NCBI RefSeq assembly: GCF_963921235.1
Contig: NC_086108.1
Span: 51,400,001 to 51,464,000 of the forward strand
Reading direction: 5' to 3'
From: Mobula hypostoma
Lineage: Eukaryota
Length of the DNA stretch: 64,000 nt
A program made the translations under genes and the position numbers. Below the pieces are notes generated by a model. That model saw only the letters and a list, made by a program, of their open reading frames with translations. It searched no databases and was not told where the DNA came from. Every line of letters starts with the position of its first letter. The stretch's first letter is position 1. This document shows, piece by piece, positions 36,421 through 49,694 of this stretch.

Positions 36421-39400
36421 TACACCTCCTCTGAACCCTCTTAAATGCCAACACATAAAGAGACAAAACTGCTCACAATATTTCAAGTGCAGTCTGACCA
36501 ATGCCTGATAAAGCCTCAGTATTATATCTTTGCTTTTATATTCTAGTCCTCCCTAAATGAATGCTGACATTGCATTTGCCTTGATTAACACTGACTCAAC
36601 CCGTAAGTTAACCTTTCAGAAATCCTGCGCAAGGACTCCCAAGTCTCTTTGAACCTCTGATTTTTGACTTTCCTCCCCCATTTAGAAAATAGTTCATGCC
36701 TTTGTTCCTTCTGCCAATGTACGTGACCATGCACTTCCCTACATTATATTCCATCTGCCAATTCTTTGCTCAGAACCCCATTTTGACTGTGCTTCTGCAG
36801 ACACCCTGCTTCTTGAACACTACCTGCCTCTTCACCTACCTTCACATCATCCACAAAACCATCAATTTCTTCATCCAAATTATTGACATATGAAAATAAG
36901 CGATCCCAACACTAACTCCTGCGACACACCATTAGTCAGCGGCAACCAATCAGAAAAGTCCCTCTTTATACCTACTCTTTGCCTCCTAGCAGTCAGCAAA
37001 TCCTGTATCCATGCTAGTATCTTTCCTGTAATACAATGGGCTCTTATCTTGCTAAGCGGCCTCATGTGCAGCACCATATCAAAGGCCTTCTGCAACAGGT
37101 TTGTCAGGCAAGATTTCCCCATCCTGACCTTGGCATATTTTATCAAGTGCCTCCAAATATCCTGAAACCTCATCCATAATTATAGACTCCAACATCCCTC
37201 CAACCACTGAAGTCAGACTAACTTGCCTAAAATTTCCTTTCTTCAGCCTCCCTCCCTCCTTAAAGAGTAGAGTGATATTAGCAATTTTCCAGTCCTCCAG
37301 AACCATTCCAAAATCTAGTGAATTCTTGAAAGGTGGGTATTAATACTTCCACAATCTCTTCAGCTACCTCTTTCAGTATCCTGGGTGTAGTCCATCTGGT
37401 CCAGGTGATTTATCTACCTTCAGACCTTGTAGCTTCCCAATCACCTTCTCCTTATAATAGCAACTGCACTCACTTCTGCCCCTTGACATCCTTATATTTC
37501 TGGCATTCTGTTAGTATCTTCCACAGTGAAGACTGATGCCAAATACTGATTAAGATCATTTCTTTGTCCCCATTTCTATCTCTCTAGCATCATTTGCCAG
37601 CAGTTGGATATCCACCCTTGTCTTCCTGTTAATCTTTATATCTGGAAAAACTTGTTGAATCATCTTTTAAATTAATGGCTAGTTTTCCTTCATATTTCAT
37701 CTTTTCTCTCTTTATAGCCTTTTTAGTTGCCTTTGTTGGTTTTTAAAACCTTCCCAATCCTCTAACTTCCCACTAATTTTTGCTATATTATATGCCCTCT
37801 GTTTTGTTTTCATGCTGTCTTTGTCTTTCTTTATCAACCACATTTGCTTCATTTTCTCTTGAGAATACTTCTTCATCTTTGGGATGCATCTTTCCTGTGC
37901 CTTCCAAGTGTTCCCCAGAAACACCAACAATTGCTGTTCCTCCATCATTCTTGCTAGTGTCCCCTTCCTATCAGCTTTAGCAGCTCCTCTTTCATGCCTC
38001 TGAAATTCCCTTGACTCAACTATAATACATCCAAATTTAGCTTCTCCTCCTCAAATTGTACGGTGAAATCTACTATATTATCATCACTGCCTCCTGAGGG
38101 TTCCTTTACCTTAAGCTGCCTAATCAAGTCTGGTTCATTACATCACACCAAATCCAGAATTTCTGTTCCCCTAGCGGTCTCAAGCACAAGCTGCTCTTAA
38201 AAGCCATCCCGTTGGCATTCTATAAATTCCCTCTCTTGGGATCCAGCACCAACCTGATTTTCCCAATCTAACTCATATTGAAATATCCCATGAGTACTGG
38301 AATATTGCCCTTTTCACATGCCTTTTCTCTCTCCCAATGTAATTTATAGCCCACATCCTGGATACTGTTCGGAGGCCTCTAAATAACTCCCATCAGAGTT
38401 TTTTTTACCTTTGCAATTTCTGAACTCTACCCACGAGGATTCTACATCTTCCAGTCCTATGTCACCTCTTTCTAAGGATGTGATATCATTTTTTACCAAC
38501 AGAGCCACCCCATCATCCCTCCCACTGTCGATCTGCCTGTCCTTTCAATACAATATGTATCCTTAGATGCTAAGCTCCCAACTATAATTTTCTTTCAGTC
38601 ACAACTCAGAAATGCCCACAACATCATACCTGCCAATCTCTAACTGCGCTACAAGATCATCAACCTTATTCCATATACAGTGCACATTCAAATATATCTA
38701 ACACCTGTATTCATCATCCTTTTTGATTTTGGTCCTCTGTTAAACACATTAATTCATCCTACTGACTGCAGTTTTGCCCTGACATCTGCCTGTCCTTCAT
38801 AACAGTCTCACTGCCCCATCCTCAGCCCTATCACTCCAGTTCTCATTCTCCTTCCAAATTAATTTAAACACTTCTCCCACAGCTCTAGCAAACCTGACCA
38901 TAGGGATATTGGCTCCCCTTCAGGTTCAGATGTCACCCATCTTTTTTGTACAGGTCATACCTTCTCCAGAAGAGATCCCAGTCTTCCAGAAATCTGAAAC
39001 CCTGCCTCCTGCGCCACTTCTCCAGCCATGCATTCATCTCTTTTTCTCCCTTCTTTTCAGAGTCACAGAGCCAGACTCATTGCCAGAAACCCAGTTGCTG
39101 CAGCTTCCTTCAGGTAGGTTGTCCCCCTACCCCCAATAGTTATCCAAAGTGGTGTACTTATTATTGAGGGAAAGGGCCACAGAGATACTCTACATTGGCT
39201 ATCCATTTGCCTTCTGATAGTCACCCATGTACCTGCCTCCTGCAACTTTGGGTTGACTACCTCCCTGTAGTTCCTATCTATCGCCTCCCCAGTTTCATGT
39301 ATGAACCAAAGTTCATCCAGCTGCAGCTCTAATTCTGCAGACTCCTTTGATATTCAAGCTTCTTGGCAATGGAGAATGCTTTGCTGGTTTTGTCTGCTTA

Positions 39401-41139
39401 TAACTTCTTTTTCAAATTGAAAACAATATCCCTTGTGCTTTCTTTAATTTTAACCAAGCACTAGATCAAGAAGTAACTATATAATTAGTGACCCGATCTT
39501 CATAATCCATGAATTCATAGTTTAATTCTCCTCTAATGACTAATAACGAGCAATGAATCAAGGCAAAGGAAATTAACAACAATTACTGTTGGTGGTTCAA
39601 ACTTACACATGAGCCACTGCAGACAACCATGTTGAAGACTCAAATAACATTATGTTAATGTACTTCTGTTTTTTGCTGAATCTGCTGTTTAAAGAGCTGT
39701 TAGAACAACCAATTATATTGCCTTTCTTTTGTTTTTATTTTCCCCAAGCTCTTGTGTTTAATGCTCAGACATATTTAATTAATTGTAAATGCCTCCAAAG
39801 AACTAAAGCACGTTGTTACTTATTTTAGCAGTGCAATCTGTAAGCACCCTCCTGAAAGTTCATGGTTGGGATGATATAATTACAAACAGAGACAAGTAGT
39901 TGTCTCCCTTCATAAGGGAAGGTTCTCTGAACTAGTATACTTTGAATTCCCCATCAACTGGCACTCCCATCATGTGCCAACAATCTGTTTATCAACTACA
40001 TTTTTAATTTGTGATAGGTTTGTGAAATGTGCTGAAAACTGATTGTCAAACATCTGTGTAAATAAAAGCTCGCAATGAATCATAGAATGTGTATATTCTT
40101 AAAGCACGTCTGAAATATTGGTAAACAAACTGCGCAATATCTCCCATAAAGTCCAAGTTGGCAGGGGTTCAAAGTGAACAATAAAACATGTTTTATTAGC
40201 ATGCTTAAGAATGGAATTCCTAGATAAAATTACTGGTGCAGTTCTACAATTTTGAAAGTTTTGTCTTGGCAACCACAAAAAGATATCAAGAATTTCAATG
40301 CAATAAAGACTGTTTAGTCAGTGCTGTGCAATTAGAGACATTGTTAAGAAGTAATTGATTAGCAGTGACATGGTCTCTGCAAGTCAATTGCATTCGTGAT
40401 TCCTGGCATAATATCTAATAGGACAGAATGGATTACCAGAATTACAATGGGAAGGTTTCACATCTCTCCTGTCAAAAGGGACAGAATAAGGTATACAGTA
40501 TAAAAGTATAATTAAATATGATCTTCTCCTTTGTGCTCTGGTGTGTGTTGCTATCATTCTGAAGGGGCGTAGTGGAAAGAGAATACACAAACATTACATT
40601 TTGTATTTTAAAAATATGCAATTAATCAAAAATGGGAATTAGGATTGAAATAAATTGGGGATCTAGAGAGAATAATACTAAGGTCCATAGCACGAAGTCC
40701 AATCAGACTGCAAGGATGAAGTACAACGACGAATCATTTAAAGACATTACTCAGAGTTCAGATATAGCTATAAGTTAATTTAATACATTCTCAATTTTCT
40801 ATTGAAAACAGATGCCATACACAACATTTAACTTAATGAGAGATGAAATATAAGCATCCATTAAATGTATCAAGCTTAAATGGGTTGCAGGTGTTCTTGT
40901 AAGCTTTAGCTAATCGCCTAAAGCTAAATTACCTGTTATGAAAGGCGCAATATTTTTAGGTACAGTTTCTGCTCAGTAATAAGCATTCAGTCAAGTTAGG
41001 GTTATTGTTATAAAAAATTGTGAAATATGCATCTTCCTACATGTCTGAAGAGATTGAATTTACCAACAGATTCTAGCTTTGTCTATTCTTCTTTGAGTGG
41101 ATAACTTATCGGAGTTCAGGATTCAGACAGAACAATAAA

Positions 41140-41660
41140 TAAACATACCTATGTCCTGCCTAGTTGTGGTATGACACTTAAGGAAAGATGTAAAAGCTTT
41201 ATAAAGTGTGCAGAAGAGCTTTACTTAAGTGATTCCAGGGATGAGATACTTCAGTTCTGTGGAGACTGTTGAATCTGGGGTTTATTATCCTTGGAACAGA
41301 GACGACTGTAAGGAAATTTGATAGCATTATTTAAAATCATTAAAGATATAGGCTAAGTAGATGGGGAGGATTTGTTCCCATTGATGGAGGAGTCAAAAAC
41401 TGAAGGTAACAATGAAGGCCCATTGGCAAAAGGACAAACCAGATGTGAGGGAAAAAAATCACAGCGATTGGTTCAAGTGTGGAAATCAGTGAACTGTCAG
41501 GGCTAGTGACAAAGACAGATTCCATTGCAATATTTAAAAAGGTATTTGATGAGTTTCTGAAAGGAAAGGATCTGCAGGACTATGGAAAGAGTACAAGATG
41601 GTTGGACTCATTTAATTGCTTTTTAGAGAGATGATAAAGACAATGGACTAAATTTCCTTG
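41140..41660 (+). mobile_element. Old CR1 3' fragment
   Basis: Degenerate LRKDVKAL.SVQKSFT..IPGM and typical downstream 3' sequence. Confidence 0.7.
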
Positions 41661-41904
41661 ATTCCTGCTTCACTTGTGACGTAAGAGGAGAAACCTGCTT
41701 TTAGTCACTCGCATGAAATGTGTGGAGACATAATCATTGCCATTTCTCCTAATCCCTTGAAATTCAGTTCAACTAACTTGCAGCTGGAACAAAATGCAGT
41801 AAGATAAAGCCAACTTATTCCGTCTAAAAATGATTAAGAAGTCTATCATAAAGGCAATGAATAATCCATGCAGATATCTTGGCTTTCCAAAGATCTAAAG
41901 ATTT

Positions 41905-42185
41905 ACAATCATACAACATGGAAACTAATCCCTCAGTTTAACTGAGTCAATCAAACACTTTTGCATTGTAATCCTTTACAAATTTTTATCTTCCCATCAG
42001 ATTCTACCACTTATGCACATGTCAAAACATTGTCCTATAAAACCTCCACCTTTGGAATGGAGGAGGAAACGTCAGTATCCAGTGGAATCCCATGCACTTA
42101 CAGGAGAACATGCAAACCCCACACGTACAGCACCTAAAATTTGTGTTGAACTTGGGTACTAGAGCTTTAAGGCAGCAGCCACTTT
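41905..42185 (-). mobile_element. Decayed tRNA-derived V-SINE
   Basis: ctttggaatggaggaggaaac...ggagaacatgcaaac is antisense to the core at 46577-46650. Confidence 0.7.
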
Positions 42186-42519
42186 GAGGCAAGAAGAGTC
42201 AAGCAAACCAAATGCAAGAGAATACTTATTATTTTACAAGCCAAGGATCTTACCATGGATCTTTAATAAATGGGAAATATATATTTGAAATAGGGTCATA
42301 ATATTATATAAATTAAAACCTATTTCAGTCTTTTGAAACATCATCTCAGAAATTAAGGTCCATAAATTATTCCTTTTATGCTAAAGAGTAGTACATATGG
42401 TCTGTGTATGAAGAAGAATACTGCAAAAAGCTTTATTATTTCCCAAATTTATTTTCAATGCAACAAATCAATAATGAATTATAACATAAAAAAATGATTC
42501 TTCTATTCCTTTCTTGGGA

Positions 42520-43640
42520 TTCAGTTATTACAGGCCAGCGTTAATAGCTTACCCCTCTTTACTCTTGAAAGGATGGCAAGATGCTGCCTTCTTGTGAAGA
42601 TATTCCCACAATGCTTTTGGGCAAAGAATCCAGGATTTAGCCTTAGTGACACTGAAGGAACATCAACTTACTGGCTATTTATGCCACTGTCTGTCCTTGG
42701 CCACTCAGATAGAGAAGGATTCTTCATTGCTGTTTCTGTAACAATTTTTTTTTACCAGTCAGGGTTGTTCACCCTGAGCTGAACCCTCGGACCTGGAGGA
42801 CTGGCCTCTCTTAGTCTGGCCTCTACCCTTTGACCTGTTTGGTATGGATGACACTACCAACAGCCAAAGCATAAAACCCTGACGCCAACCAACATTGCTC
42901 TCTGGATCATCGAGGCACGCAAGCCTCCAAACTATGACAAGGTTGTGTTCCTCTTGAAGGGAAGGAACATCAATATATTTTCAATTCAGGTTGTGTTCCC
43001 ATGCAGCTGCCATTCATGTCCATATGTATGAGGTGCTGTCAAAGTAGTCGTGGTGAGTACCTGCAGTGTATTTCATAGGTGTGACGCTTTACAGACACGA
43101 TAAGTTAGTGTTGGAGTGAGTGGACACCAGAATGTTGATGGATGCCAGTGTCTTATCCATGATGGTGCTGAGTTTCTTGACTGCTGATGGAGTTGTACTA
43201 TTCCCAGAAATTAAAGTGGTTTCCATCATGTTCCTGATGTGTGCCTTGTGGAAAAGCTCCCATCTTTTCTTCGTTCAGAAGTACATACCTGGTCTGACTA
43301 AATTTCAAGTTAATAGCATCTCACAAGATGCTAATGGAAAGGAAGCTAGCAATGCTATTGCCTTTGAACATCAAGGTGGGAGGTGAGGCATTCTCTGAAT
43401 GAAGGTGGTCATTGCCTCACAGTTTTGGAGCACGGATGTTACTTGTCAGTCACCACCAAATGCTGTCTGGCTATTGCTGCGTGCTTCAATTATTGAGAAG
43501 TTGAGAATGAAATTGAACTGTCTGCAAATATTAGACAAGATCCACGTTTCTTATTTTATGATGGGAGGAAGGTTGTTGAAGAAGGTATAATCGGTTGGGT
43601 TGTCACTGCCCTGAAGAACTCTTGTAGTGGTATCTAGGAC
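42520..43640 (-). mobile_element. Ancient CR1/L2-group LINE remnant
   Basis: Antisense similarity to 3660-3700 and 4110-4790; interrupted by 42667-42960. Confidence 0.55.
42667..42960 (-). mobile_element. Non-autonomous RTE-derived short element, 294 bp
   Basis: 13 bp TSD gaaggaacatcaa (42654-42666 / 42961-42973). The minus strand begins aaccttgtcatagtttggaggcttgcgtgcctc, resembling RTE (BovB/Expander) 5' UTRs. Confidence 0.72.
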
Positions 43641-44119
43641 TTGTATATTCGAGTTCCAACAATCAAAACTATTTCCTTTCTCAAGAAATACTATAACTCT
43701 GTGTTATTCTGCTGATTTCTTGATTATACTCAATCTAAATGGAAAAAACAGTATTGTGACATATAATGTAGCCCTTCTATTTTGGCTGAATAGAAAGAAC
43801 ATTGCTGAGATTTTTCAGAACTTTCAGTCATTGCATAAGCAGATACTAGAGATGACTAATTACATTACTTTTCATTTACAAAATGCCTCTGCCTCTTGAT
43901 GAACAAAAGGATGGAACATGAAAGGTCACTGGAAGGAAAATTGACCAGGATGTACAAGACAGCTACTTTTGTTCACTTTCTACCATAATAAGAGATGCAG
44001 TTTTTAATATAGATAGATATTATTGTAGCTGAAGTCTTAGTGCATTCTTGAACCAAAAAAAAATGGAATCTTTCATTGCTTAGCCAACTTATCCTTCAGC
44101 CTTATTGTCTTTTACCTTC

Positions 44120-44440
44120 AGCTGGATGGAGAGGTTGCTTCCTATATTGGGGGACCAGAGGGCACAGCCTCAAAATGGAACATGGACGCAGAGGAATTTC
44201 TTTCACCAGAGAGTGGAGAATGTGTGTCATTCATTACCACAGATGGCTGTGGAGGCCAAGGCATTGGATATATTTAAAATGGAGGTTGATAGATGCTTCA
44301 TTAGTCAGGGTGTTAAAGGTTACAGGGAGAAGGCAGGAGAATAGGGTTGAAAGAGATAATAAGTCAGCCATAATGGAATGGTGGAATAAACTTGATGGGC
44401 CAAATGGTCTAACTCTGCTCCCATGTCTTTTATGGTCTCA
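44120..44440 (+). mobile_element. CR1 3' fragment
   Basis: RNFFHQRVENVCHSLPQMAVEAKALDIFK plus 3' UTR. Confidence 0.88.
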
Positions 44441-44525
44441 TGGTCTAACTGTGTGCAGTTCTAGTCAGCACAATTTTGGAGGAATATGACTGTTGTTCTA
44501 TAGGCAGAGGGCAGACTCGATTGCA

Positions 44526-46150
44526 CATAGAACATAGAACATGGAATAGTACAGCTCAGTACAGGGCCTTCAGCCCACAATGTTGTGCTAACCCTTAAAC
44601 CCTGCCTCCCATATTACCCCCCACCTTAAATTCATCCATATACCTGTCAAGTAGTCTCTTAAATATCACTAGTGTATCTGCCTCCACCACTGACTCAGGC
44701 TGTGCATTCCACGCACCAACCACTCTCTGAGTAAAAAACCTTCCTCTAATATCCACTTTGAACTTCCCACCCCTTACCTTAAAGCCATGTCCTCTTGTAT
44801 TGAGCAGTGGTGCCCTGGGGAAGAGGCGCTGGCTGTCCACTCTATCTATTCCTCTTAATCTCTTGTATACCTCTATTATGTCTCCTTTCATTCTCCTTCT
44901 CTCCAGAAAGTAAAGCCCTAGCTCCCTTAATCTCTGATCATAATGCATACTCTCTAAACCAGGCAGCATCCTGGTAAATCTCCTCTGTACCCTTTCCAAT
45001 ACTTCCACATCCTTCCTATAGAGAGGCGACCAGAAATGGACACAGTGTGGCCTAACCAGAGTTTTATAGAGCTGCATATTACCTCGTGACTCTTAAACTC
45101 TATCCCTCGACTTATGAAAGCTAACACCCCATAAGCTTTCTTAACTACCCTATCTGCCTGTGAGGCAACTTTCAGGGATCTGAGGACATGTACCTTCAGA
45201 TCCCTCTGCTCCTCCTCACTACCAAGTATCCTGCCATTTACTTTGTACTCTGCCTTGGAGTTTGTTCTTCCAAAGTGCACCACCTCACACTTCTCCGGGT
45301 TGAACTCCATCTGCCACTTCTCAGCCCACTTCTGCATCCTATCAATGTCTCTCTGCAATCTTTGACAATCCTCTGCACAATCCACAACACCACCAACCTT
45401 TGTGTCATCTGCAAACTTGCCAACCCACCCTTCTACCCCCACATCCAGGTCGTTAATAAAAATCACGAGAAGTAGAGGTCCCCAGAACCGATCCTTGTGG
45501 GACACCACTAGTTACAACCCTCCAATCCGAATGTACTCCCTCCACCACGACCCTCTGCTTTCTGTAGGCAAGCCAATTCTGAATCCACCTGGCCAAATTT
45601 CCCTGGATCCCATGCCTTCTGACTTTCTGAATAAGCCTACTGTGTGGAACCTTGTCAAATGTCTTACTAAAATCCATGTAGGCCACATCCACTGCACTAC
45701 CCTCATCTATATGCCTGGTCACCTCCTCAAAGAACTCTATAAGGCTTGTTAGACATGATCCACTTCACAAAGCCATGCTGACTGTCCTTGATCAGACCAT
45801 GATTCTCTAAATGCCCATAGATCCAACAACTTTCCTACCACAGATGTAAGGCTCACTGGTCTATAATTACCCGGACTATCCCTACTACCTTTTTTGAACA
45901 AGGGGACAACATTCACCTCCCTCCAATCCTCCGGTACCATTCCAGTGGACAACAAGGACTTAAAGAGCCTAGCCAGAGGCTCAGCAATCTCTTCCCTCAC
46001 CTCGTGGAGCAGCCTGGGGAATATTCCATCAGGCCCTGGGGACTTATCCATCCTAATGTATTTTAACAACTCCAACACCTCCTCTCCCTTAATATCAACA
46101 TGCTCCAGAACATCAACCTCACTCATATTGTCCTCACCATCATCAACCTA
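44526..46150 (-). mobile_element. CR1 LINE, 5'-truncated RT half
   Basis: (catagaa)n tail; KSPGPDG, NYRPVSLTSVVGKL, SGVPQGSVLG, KFADDTK. Confidence 0.95.
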
Positions 46151-46159
46151 TACGGGGGG

Positions 46160-46475
46160 GGGGGGGTGCTATCAGGAAAGGTAAGAAACTTTTCTTCATG
46201 TCAGAAGTGTCACAAACCAGTGAACATTGTTTTAGGGTGAGTGGAAAGAAATCTAGAGAGGATCTGAGAAAGATTTTGTTCTTCACTTGGAATCCACAAC
46301 CCAATGCCTGAATAGGTGATGGAAGACGAAACTCTCACAACATTTGATGAAATAGTCAGACGAGCACTTGACTTATCAAATCATGGATCACTACCAACCA
46401 AATACTGGTAAATGAGATTAGTGTAGGTGAGTGGCGTAGAGACAATAGATCAAAGCCTGTTTCTATGCTGTTTGA
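46160..46475 (+). mobile_element. Old CR1 3' fragment
   Basis: Degenerate CR1 C-terminus/3' UTR ending cctgtttctatgctgtttgac. Confidence 0.6.
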
Positions 46476-46479
46476 CTTT

Positions 46480-46780
46480 CAGCACAGTAGTGTAGTGGGA
46501 AGCTCCACTCTAGTGTGTTGGTTAGTGTACACTGTACAGACTGGGGTGTCGGAGATTAGAGTTCAATTCTGACGCTGTTTGCACGTTCTCCCCATGACTA
46601 CTTGGTGTCCTCCGGCTACTCCAGTCTCCTCCCACGTTCCAAAGACGTACCAGTTAGTAGGTTAATTAGTCACTGAAAATTATCCTGTGATTGGGCTGTG
46701 GTTAAATGGGTAGTTTGCTGGATGGTGCCGCTTATTAGGCTGGGAGGGTTCGTTCTGTGCTGTATCTCTAAATAAATAAA
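46480..46780 (+). mobile_element. tRNA-derived V-SINE with CR1-like tail
   Basis: B box gagttcaattc (46559-46569), V-domain-like tttgcacgttctcccc..ctcctcccacgttccaaagacgt, tail gtgctgtatctctaaataaataaa. Confidence 0.85.
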
Positions 46781-46812
46781 CAGATAGGCAGATAGATAAA
46801 AGACAGACAGAC
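46781..46812. repeat. Imperfect (GATA/GACA)n repeat
   Basis: cagataggcagatagataaaagacagacagac. Confidence 0.7.
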
Positions 46813-47039
46813 AAACTTAACTCCTGTTATGTCCAGGGAGAACAAACCCACTTTCATCAAAGGTGGCAATGTGTCATCTTTTTTGATGGTTGGTATTGGT
46901 ATGCATCTGTTTCTATATTCAATGCCTCTGTGAGCCTATGATGTCTAAAAGGCAGTTTAGAGCTGATGCAGAGAACTGAAGCAAAGAGAATGTTGGAGTT
47001 AACCACAAGTGAGGCAATGCAAGTGGAAAGACAAATGCT

Positions 47040-47570
47040 GAGTAAGTATGACAAAAGCATAACCTTGCAGCATAATTGGGCGATTCTGATAAGTTACATG
47101 AAAACTTGATATTGAATTACCGAAGGCTGTGAAGTACCCAGAAGGAAGGCAAGGTGCTGTTCCACAAGCTTACACTGAGCCTCATTGAAATGGTGCAAGT
47201 GCGAAAGACAAATGGGTTAGTGTAGAAGTGGTTCAGACATCTGGAAGTTCAGCATCACTCCTTGGAAATGAACAAAGGTGCTCCACAAAGCAGTTATAGT
47301 TTCTGTTTGGTTTCTTCAACACAAGAGAACACCCAAATATGTGCACCAAAATTAATAGACAAGATTTAAATAAGTACAAATGAATTCCAGCTTCACTTGG
47401 AAGGATAGATTGGGTCCCTGGGTGGTATGAGGTGAAACAGCAGGTGTTGCATGTCCTGTGCTCATATAAGAAAACAGTTTCCAGAATGGGAGTTATTAGT
47501 GGAAATGGAAGAGCAGACCGGGAGAGTTGTGAAGGAAATGCTCCCTTCATAACACCAAAAGAGGAGAGAA
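47040..47570 (-). mobile_element. Old PLE GIY-YIG region remnant
   Basis: aaggtgctgttcc, cttcacttggaagga..tgggtccctg are collinear with 28470-28900. Confidence 0.65.
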
Positions 47571-48089
47571 AGCCATTGACTGTTCCTTAATCCTGCTTCC
47601 TCTGTGCACTCCCTGTGCTCTTTTCAACCACAACAACTGTGCTCAAATTTGACTACTGAACTGGACTCCTCTGACATCATAACTATACTGCCCACTCTAC
47701 ACTGTGAGGCCTGTCTCCTGTAATTTTGCTCAACATCATTCACAGCAAGTTATAAGAAAGCTGCAGACTTAATCTTAAATTTGGCTTCCAAATTCCTGGC
47801 ACTGTCTAAACATCCAGATAACATTTCTGCACTGGATTACACTGGATGCAGGGCTCAGCACCAGTCTCTTTTCTGTTACTTGGTCACTTAAATTCAAAAA
47901 ACTTAACTTTGATTGAATTACAGCCGTTACATCATCATAGTTTTGACTGTGACTCACCTATTGCTTCCACTCGTCCATTTATCCATGCTCTTGAGCCAGC
48001 TTGGCTGCTGATCGGTGGAGTGGCCTCTTTCTGTGTCATAATATGTAACTGAGCAACAATATCGGACTTCACAGTTTCCATTCATTCAT

Positions 48090-48210
48090 GACTTTATGGT
48101 GTCTTTCACGCAGATGCTGCTGCTGCCCAGGTTGGGACCCGGCTGGGTTTGAACTCAGGACTATCTGCCTTGAAGTCTAGTGCTGATACCGTTACACCAT
48201 TAGCCAGCCC
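48090..48210 (-). mobile_element. tRNA-derived SINE head
   Basis: Minus strand has A box tggtgtaacgg and B box gagttcaaaccc; no complete cloverleaf. Confidence 0.7.
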
Positions 48211-49694
48211 AAGCAGCATGTGTTTAGTTTTTTGCAACCAATGATGTAGTTCTGTTGTTCCTGTGGAAACACCTCCATCAATATGTTTTACAATTACATA
48301 TTTTGCAAATTGCTCATCATAACTGTCCACTCAATGCTTCATCCAGCCTCTACACTGTAAACATCAATACAGACTCATCATGAAGCTCTAAAATTATCTG
48401 GATATCTTCCTACTGTCTCCTCTCTTTTTCCGATTTACTCCAAGAAAAGTGTACTTCAATATTTCCCCAACGTACATAAAAAATCAATCCTTTCATATCA
48501 TAAACCATTCAGTTTGAAAAGGAAAAATATAATTAAACCTGATCATTATCTGCAAAGGTACATATTCCCAGTAATGCCTCTAACTCTGGATGAACAATAA
48601 TTTTTGGCATTACCATTGTATGGACTTAGTCAAAAAGCACACTTGTCCAAAACTTCCCATCAACATCTGGTCTGAAAACTGTGGGAATGAAAGAAGGATG
48701 TGAGAATATAGTATCTGCAGTACTGCTAATGGTGTGCAGATGTGTACGAGGGTGGTTCTAACTGGGGGAAACCCTTCGCTGAATTTTCATAAAATCGGTT
48801 GCAAATTTCATTTTTTGCATCTGCTTTATGCTTTGATATTATTGTAAATGAATACTAAAGATTAGAACCAACCACATTCTGAGTTGCCCATTAATGCTGA
48901 AATGCTTTACTAATAACAGAGCTAAAGAGTAACATATTAGAAACATGTGGGAAAACAGCAACATGAGAATCACATGTCATTTCATCAGGAATTTTAATAT
49001 AAATCAGAGTGTTCAAATTCTCATTCAATAGTGTAAGGTCACAGGTTAATATAATAAGTCTTCAATAATCACTCCTTAAATCTAAAAGCAAATAGTTAAA
49101 CCATATTGCAAGTTAGGCCTACTTGCCTTTAAAAGAATTACCCTTAAGCAATATTTGAACTGAGCAAAAGTATAAAAGAACACTGAAATATACAATGCTG
49201 AATGGATTTATTTGTATTTGTATTTCCATATACATAAAATCATACAGAGGGCTTGATGCTGGACTTGATTTACCAGTACTTGCCTTTCTATAGTATAATA
49301 GATTATATGGATTAGTGGTCAACAGACGCTACCAACAATAAGTTGATTTATATGAGTAAAATATAAGTAGTTAAAAGTTTAGCTGTAAGGTTTCAGAGTA
49401 AATAAAAGAATTTTTTTTATTTTGTTAAAATACAGTGTCACATAAAAACAAAGATTTTGACTTTTTGTGGTAATTGGAAATTTCAACAAGGATGAAATTG
49501 CAGCAAAATAATGTATCAAGATGAATAAAGGCTTGAAATATTTTTGAAATAAATATTCCCTTTAAGAATATCTAGACCAATGTAACATGCCAATGAGCTA
49601 TATGTTTGCCTTTTGGCCAAAACGGACCTAAATTAATTAACAGCACTAAATAAGCCTGATGCACAACATCCAGAATATGTCGCCAGCTTTCCGT

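Larger units (their letters stand above)
31490..39335 (-). mobile_element. Near full-length decayed CR1 (31490-31827 and 36421-39335), split by a Gypsy element
   Basis: EDWKIANITLLFK, KAFDMVLH, NGVSQ, and ORF1 piece EAGTWVTIRR. The sequence rejoins across the insertion. Confidence 0.9.

Noticed and set aside
48130..48210. tRNA gene
   Set aside because: A and B boxes are present but there is no acceptor stem or cloverleaf; better explained as a SINE head.
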